A DNA stretch of 64,000 nt from contig CAXXDQ010000008.1 in the NCBI GenBank assembly GCA_963664325.2, forward strand, positions 160,001-224,000. Direction: 5' to 3'. How positions within the stretch are numbered: position 1 is the first letter of the stretch; the number at the start of each line of letters is the position of its first letter. A program made the position numbers and the translations under genes. This document shows positions 11,021 to 21,776 of this stretch, in pieces. This DNA is from Desulfomonilia bacterium. Lineage in GTDB: Bacteria > Desulfobacterota > Desulfomonilia > UBA1062. The notes below the pieces were generated by a model, which was not told the DNA's origin, did not search any database, and saw only the letters and a list, made by a program, of their open reading frames with translations.

Positions 11021-12553
11021 ATGAGTGATCAGTTGACTTATTCTTACGAAGATTTATCAATGCTGAACAGTATTGCAAAAATACTCTCAAAGCCCCTGCC
11101 TTTGAAAGAGCTTCTTGAGATGATACTTGGTGAACTCAGCCGGAAGGCGGCTATGGAACGCGGCATGATCTCCATACTTGACCGTGAAACCGGGGTGGCA
11201 ATGCTTGACGTTGCATACGGGATAGACGTATCCGGGCTGGATGTAAAGTTCAACCCGGGAGAGGGCGTTACGGGTCAGGTGGCGCATACCTGCAAGGCAA
11301 TAGCTATACCAAACCTTGGGACCGAGCAGCTCTTCCTCGACCGTACCGGGGCAAGAAGGGATCTGAACCGTACCGAACTGGCATTTTTATGCGTGCCGAT
11401 AATTTATGACGGGAAAGCAGTGGGTGTCCTTTCGGCGGACAAGGTCGCAAAGCAGATTTACACCCTTGATTATGAGTTGCAGCTGCTGTCCGAAGTTGCG
11501 GCGCTCATTGCAAAGTCCGTTCATTTGAGACGCCTGGAGGATGAAAACGTACGGCTCAAGGATATGCTCAACCGTGTAAAACACCCGTATCCTGAGCTTA
11601 AGGGAAATTCAAAAATCATACGCGAGGTGTTTACGCTCATCTCTCAGGTGGCTGATTCAAACGCCACTGTACTGATTCACGGGGAGACAGGCACGGGCAA
11701 GGAACTTGTCGCGAGAGCGATACATTACGGGAGCCCCAGAAAGGAGATGCCCTTTATCGAAGTAAACTGTGCCGCGATACCCGATACGCTGATTGAGAGC
11801 GAACTTTTCGGACATGAGAAAGGCTCGTTCACCGGTGCCCACATAAAAAGGCGTGGAAAATTTGAAGAAGCCCATTCAGGAACAATATTCCTGGATGAGG
11901 TGGGGGATCTTTCCCTGATGGCGCAGGTAAAGCTTTTAAGGGTTCTGCAGGAAAAACAGATACAGCCTGTAGGCGCATCCCGTCCCCAGAAAATCAATGT
12001 AAGGATTATAGCGGCGACAAACCGCAAGATCGAGGATGAGATTGAGGCAGGGGCATTCAGGACAGACCTGTACTACAGGCTGAATGTGTTCCCGATATAC
12101 ATGCCTCCGTTAAGGGAACGCGGCAGCGACATAATCCTGCTGGCGGATTATTTTATTGAAAAATACTCGAGTGAACTTGGAAAGAACCTCAAACGCATAT
12201 CAACTCCGGCAATAGACCTGCTGCTTGCATATCACTGGCCCGGAAATGTCCGTGAGCTTGAAAACTGCATTGAGAGGGCGGTGCTTCTCGCAAAGGGCGA
12301 CACAATAGAGAGCATCCACTTGCCTCCGTCGCTCCAAATGAAGACTTCATCCGAGCAGGGCAAGAGAAAACAGGGCACCCTCACGTCCCTGGTGGAAGTA
12401 TACGAGCGTTCCATTATTACCGATGCGCTGAAAGACGCGCGGGGCAATCAAAGCAGGGCGGCAAAACTGCTCGGTTCTACAAAAAGAATCATTCAATATA
12501 AAACCCAGAAATATGCGATCGATACCGAAAGATTCAAATCGAAGAAGAGCTGA
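11021..12553 (+). CDS. NifA-like sigma-54 enhancer-binding protein (GAF-AAA+-HTH)
   Basis: GAF (GEGVTGQV, FLDRTG, AFLCVPI), GETGTGKE, ESELFGHEKGSFTGA, FLDEVG, WPGNVREL, HTH GNQSRAAKLLG. No receiver domain. Confidence 0.92.
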   Translation: MSDQLTYSYEDLSMLNSIAKILSKPLPLKELLEMILGELSRKAAMERGMISILDRETGVAMLDVAYGIDVSGLDVKFNPGEGVTGQVAHTCKAIAIPNLGTEQLFLDRTGARRDLNRTELAFLCVPIIYDGKAVGVLSADKVAKQIYTLDYELQLLSEVAALIAKSVHLRRLEDENVRLKDMLNRVKHPYPELKGNSKIIREVFTLISQVADSNATVLIHGETGTGKELVARAIHYGSPRKEMPFIEVNCAAIPDTLIESELFGHEKGSFTGAHIKRRGKFEEAHSGTIFLDEVGDLSLMAQVKLLRVLQEKQIQPVGASRPQKINVRIIAATNRKIEDEIEAGAFRTDLYYRLNVFPIYMPPLRERGSDIILLADYFIEKYSSELGKNLKRISTPAIDLLLAYHWPGNVRELENCIERAVLLAKGDTIESIHLPPSLQMKTSSEQGKRKQGTLTSLVEVYERSIITDALKDARGNQSRAAKLLGSTKRIIQYKTQKYAIDTERFKSKKS

Positions 12554-12628
12554 CTTGCCGTAAAAGGCCTTCGAATTGATTGTCGTTTCAATTGTTTCCG
12601 GCGCAAATTTGAGCCGATAGAGTCCACC

Positions 12629-12644
12629 GGAACAAATGTGTACC
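12629..12644. promoter_or_regulatory. Candidate upstream activator sequence for glnA
   Basis: GGAACAAATGTGTACC (ACA-N4-TGT core), about 110 bp upstream of the -24 element. Confidence 0.5.
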
Positions 12645-12745
12645 CTAAACAGCCGGCCGCATATCCCGAACAAATCAATCCAATCGAAGCTAACTAACCG
12701 TGATTAAAGAATTTGCGGTAGGTCCTGCCAGTTTATTTAAAGAGA

Positions 12746-12761
12746 TGGCATGGTTTTGGCT
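12746..12761 (+). promoter_or_regulatory. Sigma-54 promoter of glnA
   Basis: TGGCATGGTTTTGGCT with correct GG-N10-GC spacing. Confidence 0.7.
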
Positions 12762-12843
12762 TTTATTATTTTTATGACTGGATGGAAGGTGTCTGGAAAA
12801 GTATTTTATGAAACATGTGGGATCTAAAAGGGGGAATAAGACC

Positions 12844-14175
12844 ATGCTGGCTTGCAGGACAAAAGAAGATATTTTTGCGGCAGTCACCGAATATGATGTC
12901 AGTTTTATTCAGTTCTGGTTTACGGACATACTGGGGAGGCTTAAAAGCTTTAACATTACTCCGTCCGAACTTGACGAGGGTATTGACGAGGGTATGGGTT
13001 TTGACGGTTCTTCGATTGAGGGATTTGCACGCATACACGAGAGCGACATGATCGCAAAGCCTGTTCTTTCGACATTCCAGCTTGTACCCTGGCGGCCCGG
13101 AGACAGGCCTGTTGCAAGGATGTTCTGCGACATACTTAATCCAGATGGTACGCCTTATGACGGCTGCCCGCGCCATGCATTGAAAAGGGTGCTCAAAAAA
13201 GTAGCCGACATGGGCTATACTGCCTATCTGGGTCCTGAACTTGAGTATTTCTATTTCAAGGATGAGACGGCCCCGGCGATTATCGACAGGGGCGGATATT
13301 TTGACGGCCTTCCGATTGACAAGGGTCCCAATATAAGGCGTGATACCATATTTTCTCTGCAAAAAATGGGAATACAGGTTGAATACAGCCATCATGAGGT
13401 GGCGCCATCTCAACATGAAATTGACCTGAAATATAATGAAGCTTTGGCAATGGCTGATACTGTCATGACATACAGGACAACGGTCAAGGAGGTTGCAAGA
13501 CACCATGGAATTTACGCGACATTCATGCCGAAGCCGATATTCGGTGAAAACGGTTCGGGAATGCATGTTCATCAGTCACTGTTCAAGGGCGGAAAGAACG
13601 ATTTTTTTGACGAGAAGGACAAGTATCATCTCTCGGCGGTGGGAAAACAATATATAGCTGGCATTCTCACCCATGCTCCGGAAATCACTGCAATCTGCAA
13701 CCAGTGGATAAATTCATACAAGAGGCTTGTTCCCGGCTATGAGGCGCCTGTTTATGTGTCATGGGCACGCAGGAACCGATCGGCGATGGTGAGAGTGCCC
13801 ATGTATAAACCCGGCAAATCGAGTGCCACGCGCATGGAGTACCGTTCACCGGACCCTGCCTGCAATCCGTACCTTGCATTTGCTGTGATGATTGCAGCCG
13901 GATTGAAAGGTATCGAGGGCAAATACAAACTTCCCGATCCTGTCGAAGAAGACATATTTGAAATGAACGAGGAAGAACGGAAAAAGGCGGGAATAACGTC
14001 ACTGCCTGGAAGTCTTCATGAAGCTCTCCAGAATGTATCGAAAAGCACCCTGGTTCGCGAGACGCTGGGCGACCATATATTCTTCAAATTCATTGAAAAC
14101 AAGAAAAAAGAATGGGATGCATTCAGGATACATGTCAGCAAGTTCGAGATAGACAACTATTTACCGGTGCTCTAA
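12844..14175 (+). CDS. glnA: Glutamine synthetase type I (GSI-alpha-like)
   Basis: FDGSSIEGF, GPELEYF, HHEVAPSQHEI, FMPKP..GENGSGMH, SYKRLVPGYEAP, RNRSA, EYRSPDP..NPYL. Confidence 0.96.
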   Translation: MLACRTKEDIFAAVTEYDVSFIQFWFTDILGRLKSFNITPSELDEGIDEGMGFDGSSIEGFARIHESDMIAKPVLSTFQLVPWRPGDRPVARMFCDILNPDGTPYDGCPRHALKRVLKKVADMGYTAYLGPELEYFYFKDETAPAIIDRGGYFDGLPIDKGPNIRRDTIFSLQKMGIQVEYSHHEVAPSQHEIDLKYNEALAMADTVMTYRTTVKEVARHHGIYATFMPKPIFGENGSGMHVHQSLFKGGKNDFFDEKDKYHLSAVGKQYIAGILTHAPEITAICNQWINSYKRLVPGYEAPVYVSWARRNRSAMVRVPMYKPGKSSATRMEYRSPDPACNPYLAFAVMIAAGLKGIEGKYKLPDPVEEDIFEMNEEERKKAGITSLPGSLHEALQNVSKSTLVRETLGDHIFFKFIENKKKEWDAFRIHVSKFEIDNYLPVL

Positions 14176-14206
14176 CGCCCTTTCACCTCCATGTAGGGTG
14201 TTGAGT

Positions 14207-14241
14207 ATTGGATGGGGGGACAAACCCCCCGTCCAATTTTT
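14207..14241 (+). terminator. Intrinsic terminator after glnA
   Basis: ATTGGATGGGGGG-ACAAA-CCCCCCGTCCAAT followed by TTTT. Confidence 0.8.
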
Positions 14242-14390
14242 GATGTCCGTTTAAGCTTCATCCGGTTTTGTTAAAAAGACGATGATACAAAAATGAGCCA
14301 ACCCCAGCCGATAAATCAATATTGTACAATTACATAAGCCGTATGATTGGATTAGGCCAATAAAAACAATACATTAATTAATAACGGCTT

Positions 14391-14406
14391 TGGCATTCCC
14401 TTTGCT
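14391..14406 (+). promoter_or_regulatory. Sigma-54 promoter of the GSIII gene
   Basis: TGGCATTCCCTTTGCT; candidate enhancers ACAAAAATGA (14287) and TCAATATTGT (14316). Confidence 0.85.
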
Positions 14407-14479
14407 TAGAATGAGTATAATCTGAGCATTCTGGCACGGGTTCGTTTTTAAAGAACAACAAATATAGCTGGAGGGAAAA

Positions 14480-16648
14480 ATGAAGGTTATTAATCCGATA
14501 ACTGCATCTGAAAGAAACCATTACAATGAAAATGGGAAAAAGACGCAGGTTTCAAAGTATTTCGGGGAAGACATTTTCAGCACCAAGGTAATGATGGAGA
14601 AGCTCTCCAAGGATGTTTACAAACGCATGATCGAGATCATGCATGAAGGAAGAAAGATGGACCTGGATACTGCGAACTCAGTCGCCCATGCCATTAAGGA
14701 ATGGGCAATTGACAAAGGTGCGACGCACTATTGCCACTGGTTCCAGCCGATGACGGGGACCACCGCGGAAAAGCACGATTCATTCATTGAATTCACGGAC
14801 TCGGGAAATATCATTGAAAGGTTTTCCGGAAAACAGCTGATCCAGGGCGAACCAGATGCCTCAAGTTTCCCAAGCGGGGGATTGAGGTCCACATTTGAAG
14901 CAAGAGGCTATACTGCTTGGGATCCGACCAGCCCTGCCTTCATTATCAAGAACGGGCTGGGTACTACGCTGTGCATACCCACAATATTCATATCCTATAC
15001 AGGGGAGGCCCTTGACAAAAAGACCCCGCTCCTGCGTTCCATAGATGCCATCAACAAGAGCGCGATCAGCCTGATGCGCCTTCTGGGCAATACGGAATCG
15101 AAGAAGGTTTTCGCCACACTCGGACCCGAACAGGAATATTTCCTCATAGATCAGGACTATTATTTTAAGAGACAGGATCTGGTTCTCAGCGGCCGGAGCC
15201 TCATTGGTGCGGCACCCCCCAAAGGCCAGCAACTTGAGGATCAGTATTTCGGAAGCATAAAGGAAAGAATTTTATCTTTCATGCACGATGTCGAAGAACA
15301 GCTCTATAAACTGGGCATTCCCGCAAAAACCAGACACAACGAAGTCGCACCAAGCCAGTTCGAGCTGGCCCCTATCTTCGAAGAGGCAAACCTTGCCGCA
15401 GACCACAATCAGATTGTGATGGAAACAATGAAAAGGATTGCGCTGAAGCATAAACTCAGCCTGCTGCTCCATGAAAAACCTTTTGCAGGAATCAACGGTT
15501 CGGGAAAGCATGTGAACTGGTCGCTTTCTGATGACCTCGGCAATAACCTGCTCAATCCGGGGAAGACTCCTCACGACAATATACAGTTTCTGGTATTTCT
15601 GATGGCCACCATTAAAGCCGTCAATACGCATGCGGATCTGCTCAGGGCATCCGTTGCATCCGCCGGCAACGACCACAGGCTCGGTGCAAACGAAGCGCCA
15701 CCTGCAATTATTTCGATATTCCTGGGAGAACAGCTTACCCAGATACTTGACAATATCGAGAAGGGTAAAATTACGAAGGCTACAGACGAGGCGATCATAG
15801 ACCTTGGCATATCAAAGCTGCCTGATCTGAGCAAGGACAGCACCGACAGGAACAGGACATCTCCGTTTGCCTTTACCGGTAATAAATTCGAATTCAGGGC
15901 CGTAGGTTCTTCCCAGTCCATTTCGTTCCCCGCAACAGTGCTTAATACGATCGTTGCCGAGAGCATTGATCTGCTTGCCAAAAAGATCAAAGCCAAGGGC
16001 GGAAAACTTAATCAAGCCGCACTGGATGTTATCAAGGAAGAGGTAAAAGCCAATAAAGCCATATTCTACATGGGTGATAATTATACAAGGGAATGGGAAA
16101 CCGAAGCCGCGAAAAGAAGACTGCCGAACAAGAAAACAAGCTGTGAATCCCTTAAAGACCTTAAAACCGATAAGGCGATCAGGCTCTTTGAAAAATACAA
16201 TGTGCTTTCGGCTCTTGAACTGAAATCGCGCTACCATGTCCGGCTTGAAAGATACATCAAGGAGGTGGATATCGAGGCCGTGACACTGAGAAATATGGTG
16301 CAGAACCAGATCCTGCCGGCTGCAGTGGATTACCAGAATAAACTCGCTCTGTCCGTAAAATCCGTGATCGATGTCATAGGCGAAAACAAGGATATCAAAG
16401 CGCAAAAGGAGCTCCTCAAGCTCGTAAGCGGACTTATCGGCCAGATACAGATTCTGGTAAACGAGCTGAAGGTCAAAATCGACAAGGCGAATTCGATAGC
16501 GTCCGAAGAGAAGAAGGCGGACTTCATCTGCGATGAAGTCAAAAAGACGATGAATGACGTCAGGGACAAGGTCGACATTCTGGAAAACTATGTTGATAAT
16601 GAACTCTGGCCTATTCCAAAATACTGGGAGATGCTCTTTATCAGCTAG
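14480..16648 (+). CDS. glnN: Glutamine synthetase type III
   Basis: ATHYCHWFQPMTG.TAEKHDSF, QGEPDASSFPSGG.R.TFEARGYTAWD, HNEVAP.QFE, GNDHRLGANEAPP, DRNRTSPFAFTGNKFEFR; 722 aa. Confidence 0.96.
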   Translation: MKVINPITASERNHYNENGKKTQVSKYFGEDIFSTKVMMEKLSKDVYKRMIEIMHEGRKMDLDTANSVAHAIKEWAIDKGATHYCHWFQPMTGTTAEKHDSFIEFTDSGNIIERFSGKQLIQGEPDASSFPSGGLRSTFEARGYTAWDPTSPAFIIKNGLGTTLCIPTIFISYTGEALDKKTPLLRSIDAINKSAISLMRLLGNTESKKVFATLGPEQEYFLIDQDYYFKRQDLVLSGRSLIGAAPPKGQQLEDQYFGSIKERILSFMHDVEEQLYKLGIPAKTRHNEVAPSQFELAPIFEEANLAADHNQIVMETMKRIALKHKLSLLLHEKPFAGINGSGKHVNWSLSDDLGNNLLNPGKTPHDNIQFLVFLMATIKAVNTHADLLRASVASAGNDHRLGANEAPPAIISIFLGEQLTQILDNIEKGKITKATDEAIIDLGISKLPDLSKDSTDRNRTSPFAFTGNKFEFRAVGSSQSISFPATVLNTIVAESIDLLAKKIKAKGGKLNQAALDVIKEEVKANKAIFYMGDNYTREWETEAAKRRLPNKKTSCESLKDLKTDKAIRLFEKYNVLSALELKSRYHVRLERYIKEVDIEAVTLRNMVQNQILPAAVDYQNKLALSVKSVIDVIGENKDIKAQKELLKLVSGLIGQIQILVNELKVKIDKANSIASEEKKADFICDEVKKTMNDVRDKVDILENYVDNELWPIPKYWEMLFIS

Positions 16649-16703
16649 AGGTCATCGTTAGCTGCAAATAAAATTGGATTGATCAACCACTTCCCTCTGC
16701 CTG

Positions 16704-16736
16704 AAGGCGGCGATGAAAATCGCCGCCTTTTATTTT
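16704..16736 (+). terminator. Intrinsic terminator after the GSIII gene
   Basis: AAGGCGGCGAT-GAAA-ATCGCCGCCTT followed by TTATTTT. Confidence 0.8.
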
Positions 16737-16864
16737 ACCGGGAATGCCATGGACGATAATCGGATACACAAACCGTTGAAGATTGGCCTGATTCTGGAAC
16801 AGGAAGGAGATGGCTGGATGAGACGTATGGAGTTCAGCCCGGCAATATTAACTAAAGAAATGTC

Positions 16865-19336
16865 CTATATCAGTACTGTCCTGATGGCTTTTATAAGGTT
16901 TGCCTGCCTGTCCCTGTCTTCAATTTTTTCGCCGGTTTCATCCACAACATAAAAAATATTTGCCGATCTGTCGGAATCGGTGGTTATGAATGCGCGGTGT
17001 ATGGACAGCTTATGAAGGCTTATTGCTTGAGATATCAGGTAGAGCAGTTCATTGGCTCGTGTCGCCCTGATCTCTATTATGGAGAAAAAATCCGAAGACT
17101 GATTGTCGATATTAACCAGAGGCTCAGTCTTTAACTTCGGCTTTTTGGCAAGGTTCAACAGCGCCGGTATTTGGGACAGGGCCGTAGAGGTATCGGTTTC
17201 TCCGGAAGACAGGCTGTTGAAAATCTCTGTAAACCTGTCCCAGTCGTCATAGCCATTCCATGACGGAGCAATTTCGAATGTGTCCACGGCTATGCCATTG
17301 TGCCAGGTGAAGACTTTTGCAGTCAGTACTTCGAGGTGCATGCAGGCCATTATGCAGGACAGCTCTGCAAAAAGCCCGGGCTTGTCTTTTGTAACAACCG
17401 TCAGCCTGAAATGTCCGCCTGCGGGGGACACATCTATTATTATGGGTTTTCCTTTCAGGACGTCTTCACACAGCTTCAGGTGCCTTATAATATCCGGGCT
17501 GTCATGATGCAGGAGATAGTGCTGGGGAAGCGCCCATAACCTACCGGAATATTCCTGAGGTATTGCTCTTAGCAACTCATCCCATCCTGAATCCAGCCTG
17601 CGGATTATCTCATTGCTTTTCAGCTCCCCTTTTTCAAGGAAGTACAAGGCCTTGACAAACAGTTCATTGAAGAGTGTGCCCTTCCAGTCGTTCCATGCGA
17701 CAGGGCCGGTTGCAATGGAATCTGCAATGCTGAGCAGGTAGAGCATGCACAGATTTTGAACCGAACCGGCTGCGCGGGCGAATTCGAAAACGGTCTTTTC
17801 TTCGGATATGTCGCGCCTGGTTGCCGTATGCGGCAGGAGCAGGTGGTTCCGGACAAGAAACGATACGGTCCCGGCATACTCGGGTTTGAATCCCAGCCTC
17901 AATGCAATGTCGTAAGCCAGCGCGGCCCCGGTGGCTTCGTGGCGGCCGCCGCTCCCCTTGCCTATATCGTGGAGCAGGGCCGCAAGCATGAGCATGTCCG
18001 TGTCGTGGAGCTTTGAAAACGCAAGCTTCTCCTGGTGTTCAAGGCGTTTGAGTTCGGTCAATGTCATGATGCTGTGCATGTCCACTGTATTGACATGATA
18101 AACGTCAAACTGGATTTTCGAGCGTATCCTGGCGAACTCGGGAATGAAAAGTTCGAGGACGCCGGTTTCAAGCATGGGTGTCAGGCCTGACTGCGGATAA
18201 TCGGAGTTTATTATCTGAAGGAAGATGCTTCTTATCTGCTGGTAGGACCTGCTCTTGACGGCGAAGTCAAGGTTGCTTCTGATTATGGTTCTTGCCGACG
18301 GATGGAGTTCCAGGCCTGTCCTTGCGCAGGCCAGAAAGGCCCCCATCAGCATGGAAGGCCTGAAAGAGGCGGCCTGGTTTGCAGAAAAAGAGACCATGCC
18401 TGATTTGACAACCAGGTAGGGACTCAGCTGCTTGTCAGACGTCTTCTTGATGAGCGAGAGCATGTCCATTATCGAGAATGTAATGTTTCTGCGCAGTATC
18501 TTGATTGTCGAGGCGCTCTGGTGGAATTTTTTCATGAACGCTTCTACAGGGGTTTCTATCTCGGAGAAAGGAAGTCCCATGATCCCGGAAAGCCTTTCCT
18601 GGTATTCGAAGCCGAGATGGTCCTGTTTCCTTCCCGAGTTCTCATGAAGTGCATAGCGGATCTTCAGCAAGAAATCCGCCGCGTCCTGCAAGTCCGAAAG
18701 ATCCTTTGATGAGATGATCTTATTTTCAACAAGTTTTTCCAGGCTGTTCTCGCCGAGCACGGATCCTGTCATCCAGAGGATGGTATGGAAGTCGCGGAGC
18801 CCTCCCTGTCCGTCCTTTATATCGGGTTCAAGGATGTATGAGTCATCCCCGAACCCCTCGTGCCTTTTCCTGTCATGGATAACCAGGTCGGCAATAAAGG
18901 AGGTTTTCCATTTTTTACCTGAGGTCCTTTTTTCAATTGATGCGGCAAACTCTTTGAAGAGGTCCTGATCACCGTCAATGAATCTTATGTTTAAAAGAGA
19001 GGTCTTTAGAAAAAAGTCCTTCTCCATGTCAGCAAGGGCCTCTTTTGCTGTGCGGACGCTGTAGCTTGTATTAAAGCCCTGATCCCAGAGCGGGTATATC
19101 AAGGCGCTCACCAGCCTGTCGGCATCTGACTTGAGACCCCGTTTTCCGGCAAGCAGAAGGATGTCCACGTCCGAATACGGGCACATATCCTGTCTGCCGT
19201 ATCCGCCGACGGCGATGACGGACCATCCCCTTGTTGTATCTGCAGGAATATTCCTGAACAGCCCGCTGATTTTGTCGTCAACCTTTTTTGAAAGGGCTGA
19301 ACTCTGAGAGAAACCATTGTATCCGCCATATTCCAT
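16865..19336 (-). CDS. glnD: [Protein-PII] uridylyltransferase/uridylyl-removing enzyme
   Basis: AVGGYGR..MCPYSDVD, EPDIKDG.GGLRD, HD domain (YHVNTVD.H, LLHDIGKG), C-terminal ACT domains (DKPGLF). Confidence 0.95.
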   Translation of the reverse strand: MEYGGYNGFSQSSALSKKVDDKISGLFRNIPADTTRGWSVIAVGGYGRQDMCPYSDVDILLLAGKRGLKSDADRLVSALIYPLWDQGFNTSYSVRTAKEALADMEKDFFLKTSLLNIRFIDGDQDLFKEFAASIEKRTSGKKWKTSFIADLVIHDRKRHEGFGDDSYILEPDIKDGQGGLRDFHTILWMTGSVLGENSLEKLVENKIISSKDLSDLQDAADFLLKIRYALHENSGRKQDHLGFEYQERLSGIMGLPFSEIETPVEAFMKKFHQSASTIKILRRNITFSIMDMLSLIKKTSDKQLSPYLVVKSGMVSFSANQAASFRPSMLMGAFLACARTGLELHPSARTIIRSNLDFAVKSRSYQQIRSIFLQIINSDYPQSGLTPMLETGVLELFIPEFARIRSKIQFDVYHVNTVDMHSIMTLTELKRLEHQEKLAFSKLHDTDMLMLAALLHDIGKGSGGRHEATGAALAYDIALRLGFKPEYAGTVSFLVRNHLLLPHTATRRDISEEKTVFEFARAAGSVQNLCMLYLLSIADSIATGPVAWNDWKGTLFNELFVKALYFLEKGELKSNEIIRRLDSGWDELLRAIPQEYSGRLWALPQHYLLHHDSPDIIRHLKLCEDVLKGKPIIIDVSPAGGHFRLTVVTKDKPGLFAELSCIMACMHLEVLTAKVFTWHNGIAVDTFEIAPSWNGYDDWDRFTEIFNSLSSGETDTSTALSQIPALLNLAKKPKLKTEPLVNIDNQSSDFFSIIEIRATRANELLYLISQAISLHKLSIHRAFITTDSDRSANIFYVVDETGEKIEDRDRQANLIKAIRTVLI

Positions 19337-19348
19337 CAATTATAACAT

Positions 19349-19364
19349 GGCAAGGATCATGCCA
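19349..19364 (-). promoter_or_regulatory. Sigma-54 promoter of glnD
   Basis: Minus strand TGGCATGATCCTTGCC; candidate enhancer ACAATAATGT at 19431-19440. Confidence 0.8.
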
Positions 19365-19664
19365 TTAATCGGTGTTTTACAATTTCCTGATGTAATAATC
19401 TGAAAATAATATTTGATAAAGGGCATCTATACAATAATGTGCATCAGACCCTGCATGATGAAAGACCGGTCAATTCACCGGGAAGCCTTGATGAGATGCC
19501 GGATTTCAGAATATTCCTGAAAGACTGCAAGCAAGCCGTGATCGCCGCTCAAGATTGTCCGGACTTATTTATCTATTCCAGCCTGAGCGCATATTCTTTC
19601 TGAGGAGTTTTTTATTGACCGCCTGGAGGGTGTTGATGCAATCTTGATTCTCATGGAAGACGAT

Positions 19665-20090
19665 ATGAAAGTTACCGGGATCTGGCGTCATAACGCAAGG
19701 ACAAGAATGGATATTCCGTTGTTCACGGCCGGGGTAAGCGCCGGATTTCCATCGCCTGCCGATGATTTTATCGAGACTTCCCTGGATTTGAATGATTTTT
19801 TGATAAGTCATCCGTCAGCGACGTATTTCGTTAGGGTCGAGGGAACCTCAATGATCGGTTCGGGGATTCATCCCGGCGACATCCTGATTGTCGACAGGGC
19901 GGTTGAGCCGTATGACTCGAGCATCGTTGTAGCCGCATTGAACGGGGAATTCCTTGTTAAGAGATTCAGGAAAGACTCAAGCGGATGCCGCCTCATGCCT
20001 GAAAACCCTTCCTATGAACCGATTGAAATGAGAGAGGGGATGCAACTCGAAGTCTGGGGAGTGGTAACATACGTAATCCACAAGGTATGA
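19665..20090 (+). CDS. umuD: UmuD-like S24 autopeptidase (Pol V subunit)
   Basis: VSAGFPSPA.D, ATYFVRVEG.SM, GDILIVD, VKR, VWGVV. Confidence 0.92.
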   Translation: MKVTGIWRHNARTRMDIPLFTAGVSAGFPSPADDFIETSLDLNDFLISHPSATYFVRVEGTSMIGSGIHPGDILIVDRAVEPYDSSIVVAALNGEFLVKRFRKDSSGCRLMPENPSYEPIEMREGMQLEVWGVVTYVIHKV

Positions 20091-21353
20091 AAAAACTTTT
20101 CGCACTTGCCGACTGCAACAATTTCTATGTCTCCTGCGAGCGCGTATTCGACCCGAAGCTCAGAGGCGTCCCCGGTCGTGGTGCTCAGCAATAACGATGG
20201 GTGTGTGGTGGCCCGCTCCGAAGAGGCCAAGGCTATTGGAATCAAAATGGGCGAGCCTTATTTCAAGTGCCGTCTGCTGGCCGAACGGCATGAAATAAAG
20301 GCCTTGTCTTCGAATTACAGCCTTTACGCCGATATGTCGCACAGGGTTATGAGCATCCTTGAGGAGATGAATCCCGGCATTGAGGTTTATTCCATCGACG
20401 AGGCGTTTCTTGATTTTACCGGTGTGGATGAGCCTTTGAAGCATGCGTCGGCCATAAGGCGGAAGGTGCTGAAATGGTCCGGCATACCTGTCTCGATAGG
20501 CATCGGTGCGACAAAGACATTGGCTAAGGCCGCGGCTAAAAAGGCTAAAAAAGGAACGGGAGTCTTCGACATTACCGGATGCGAAGACGATGTGCTGTCC
20601 GGAATGGATGCAGGTGATGTATGGGGAATAGGCTACAGCCACAGCCTCGTGCTCAGAAAATACCATATCAGGACCGCACTGGAGCTGAAGAATGCCGATG
20701 AAGACTGGATAAGGAAGCGGCTTTCCATTGTGGGACTGAGGACCGTCTATGAATTAAGGGGCATCGCCTGCATTGCACCCGGAGAAGAGCCGGTGACTAG
20801 AAGGACCATCACGTCCTCCCGTCTGTTCGGGACAAGGCTGTACGGGATAGATGAAATCCGTGAGGCCCTTTCTTCGTATGTGTGCCGGGCTGCAGAGAAA
20901 TTGCGGGCGCTCGACATGGCGGCTTCAGGCTTGAATGTGTACCTGCTTGAAAACGAGTTCACTGACAACAGGTTCCCGTCAAGGGGCGCTTCATGCGAGT
21001 TCGTGGAGCCCACATCTTACACCCCGGAATTGATAACATACGCCAGCTCCCTGCTGGATAAGATTTACCGTTCAGGCCCGGCCTACCGCAAAACCGGTGT
21101 GACGCTGACCGGGCTGGTTCCGCGGGGCAGGGTGCAGATGAGCCTTTTCGGCTCGGCGGACGAAACCAGGCGGACAAGGATCATGCAGGTCCTAGACAGG
21201 GTCAATGCGGAGTGGGGCGCCGACACCCTGAAACCGGCGTCTTCGGGAACGGAAAAGGAATGGTGCATGAAACAGGAAAAGCGCTCAAAACGCTTTACGA
21301 CGTCATGGGGCGAGCTCCCGGTTGCAAAGGCCGGAGATAAGAGTGAGTGCTGA
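20087..21353 (+). CDS. umuC: Y-family DNA polymerase V catalytic subunit (frameshift ~20170)
   Basis: ATG 20087 gives MKKLFALADCNNFYVSCERVFDP; then VVVLSNNDGCVVARS, SSNYSLY, YSIDEAF and the C-terminal W.MKQE.RS.RFTT.W.ELP. Confidence 0.92.
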
Positions 21354-21776
21354 AATAACCGGTTTCGGCCTGGCCTGAAGGCGCTCTCTTCTCAAGTCCG
21401 GCATCCAGGGAAGCTGATCCATGAACTGTATCATTTTCAGGGCTCTGTACGTGATGCAGGCACTTATCAGAAGGACTGAACGGGACATTATCCGGCTTTC
21501 CTGCGGATGCCGTGAACCCTGACGCGTTTCCTGTTGACATAAGTCCTTGATGCTCTACAAAAGAAACAGCATTGACTTGATCAAAGGCAATAAAAACAAT
21601 GAATGTTCCTGCTATTGTGCCCGATGACAGACAAAGAAAGCATCATTGGATACGGCCTTCGGCCGGGAACGGCCGGGTCTTTCACAACCCGTTATTTAAA
21701 AGCAGGGCGTGCAAAATGCAGCTTTTCCGAAATTTGAAGAGCAGGGTATAATGAATATGGAAGAAGAGATGATGCC

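Noticed and set aside
11021-12553. Calling the activator nifA and inferring nitrogen fixation
   Set aside because: No nif genes in the window, and I found no TGT-N10-ACA sites at the promoters I checked.
12772-13572. 266 aa minus-strand ORF
   Set aside because: Antisense shadow of glnA.
14432-14447. Second TGGCAC upstream of GSIII
   Set aside because: No GC at the -12 position.
21295-21540. Short minus-strand ORFs after umuC
   Set aside because: They overlap the umuC end and show no recognisable motifs.
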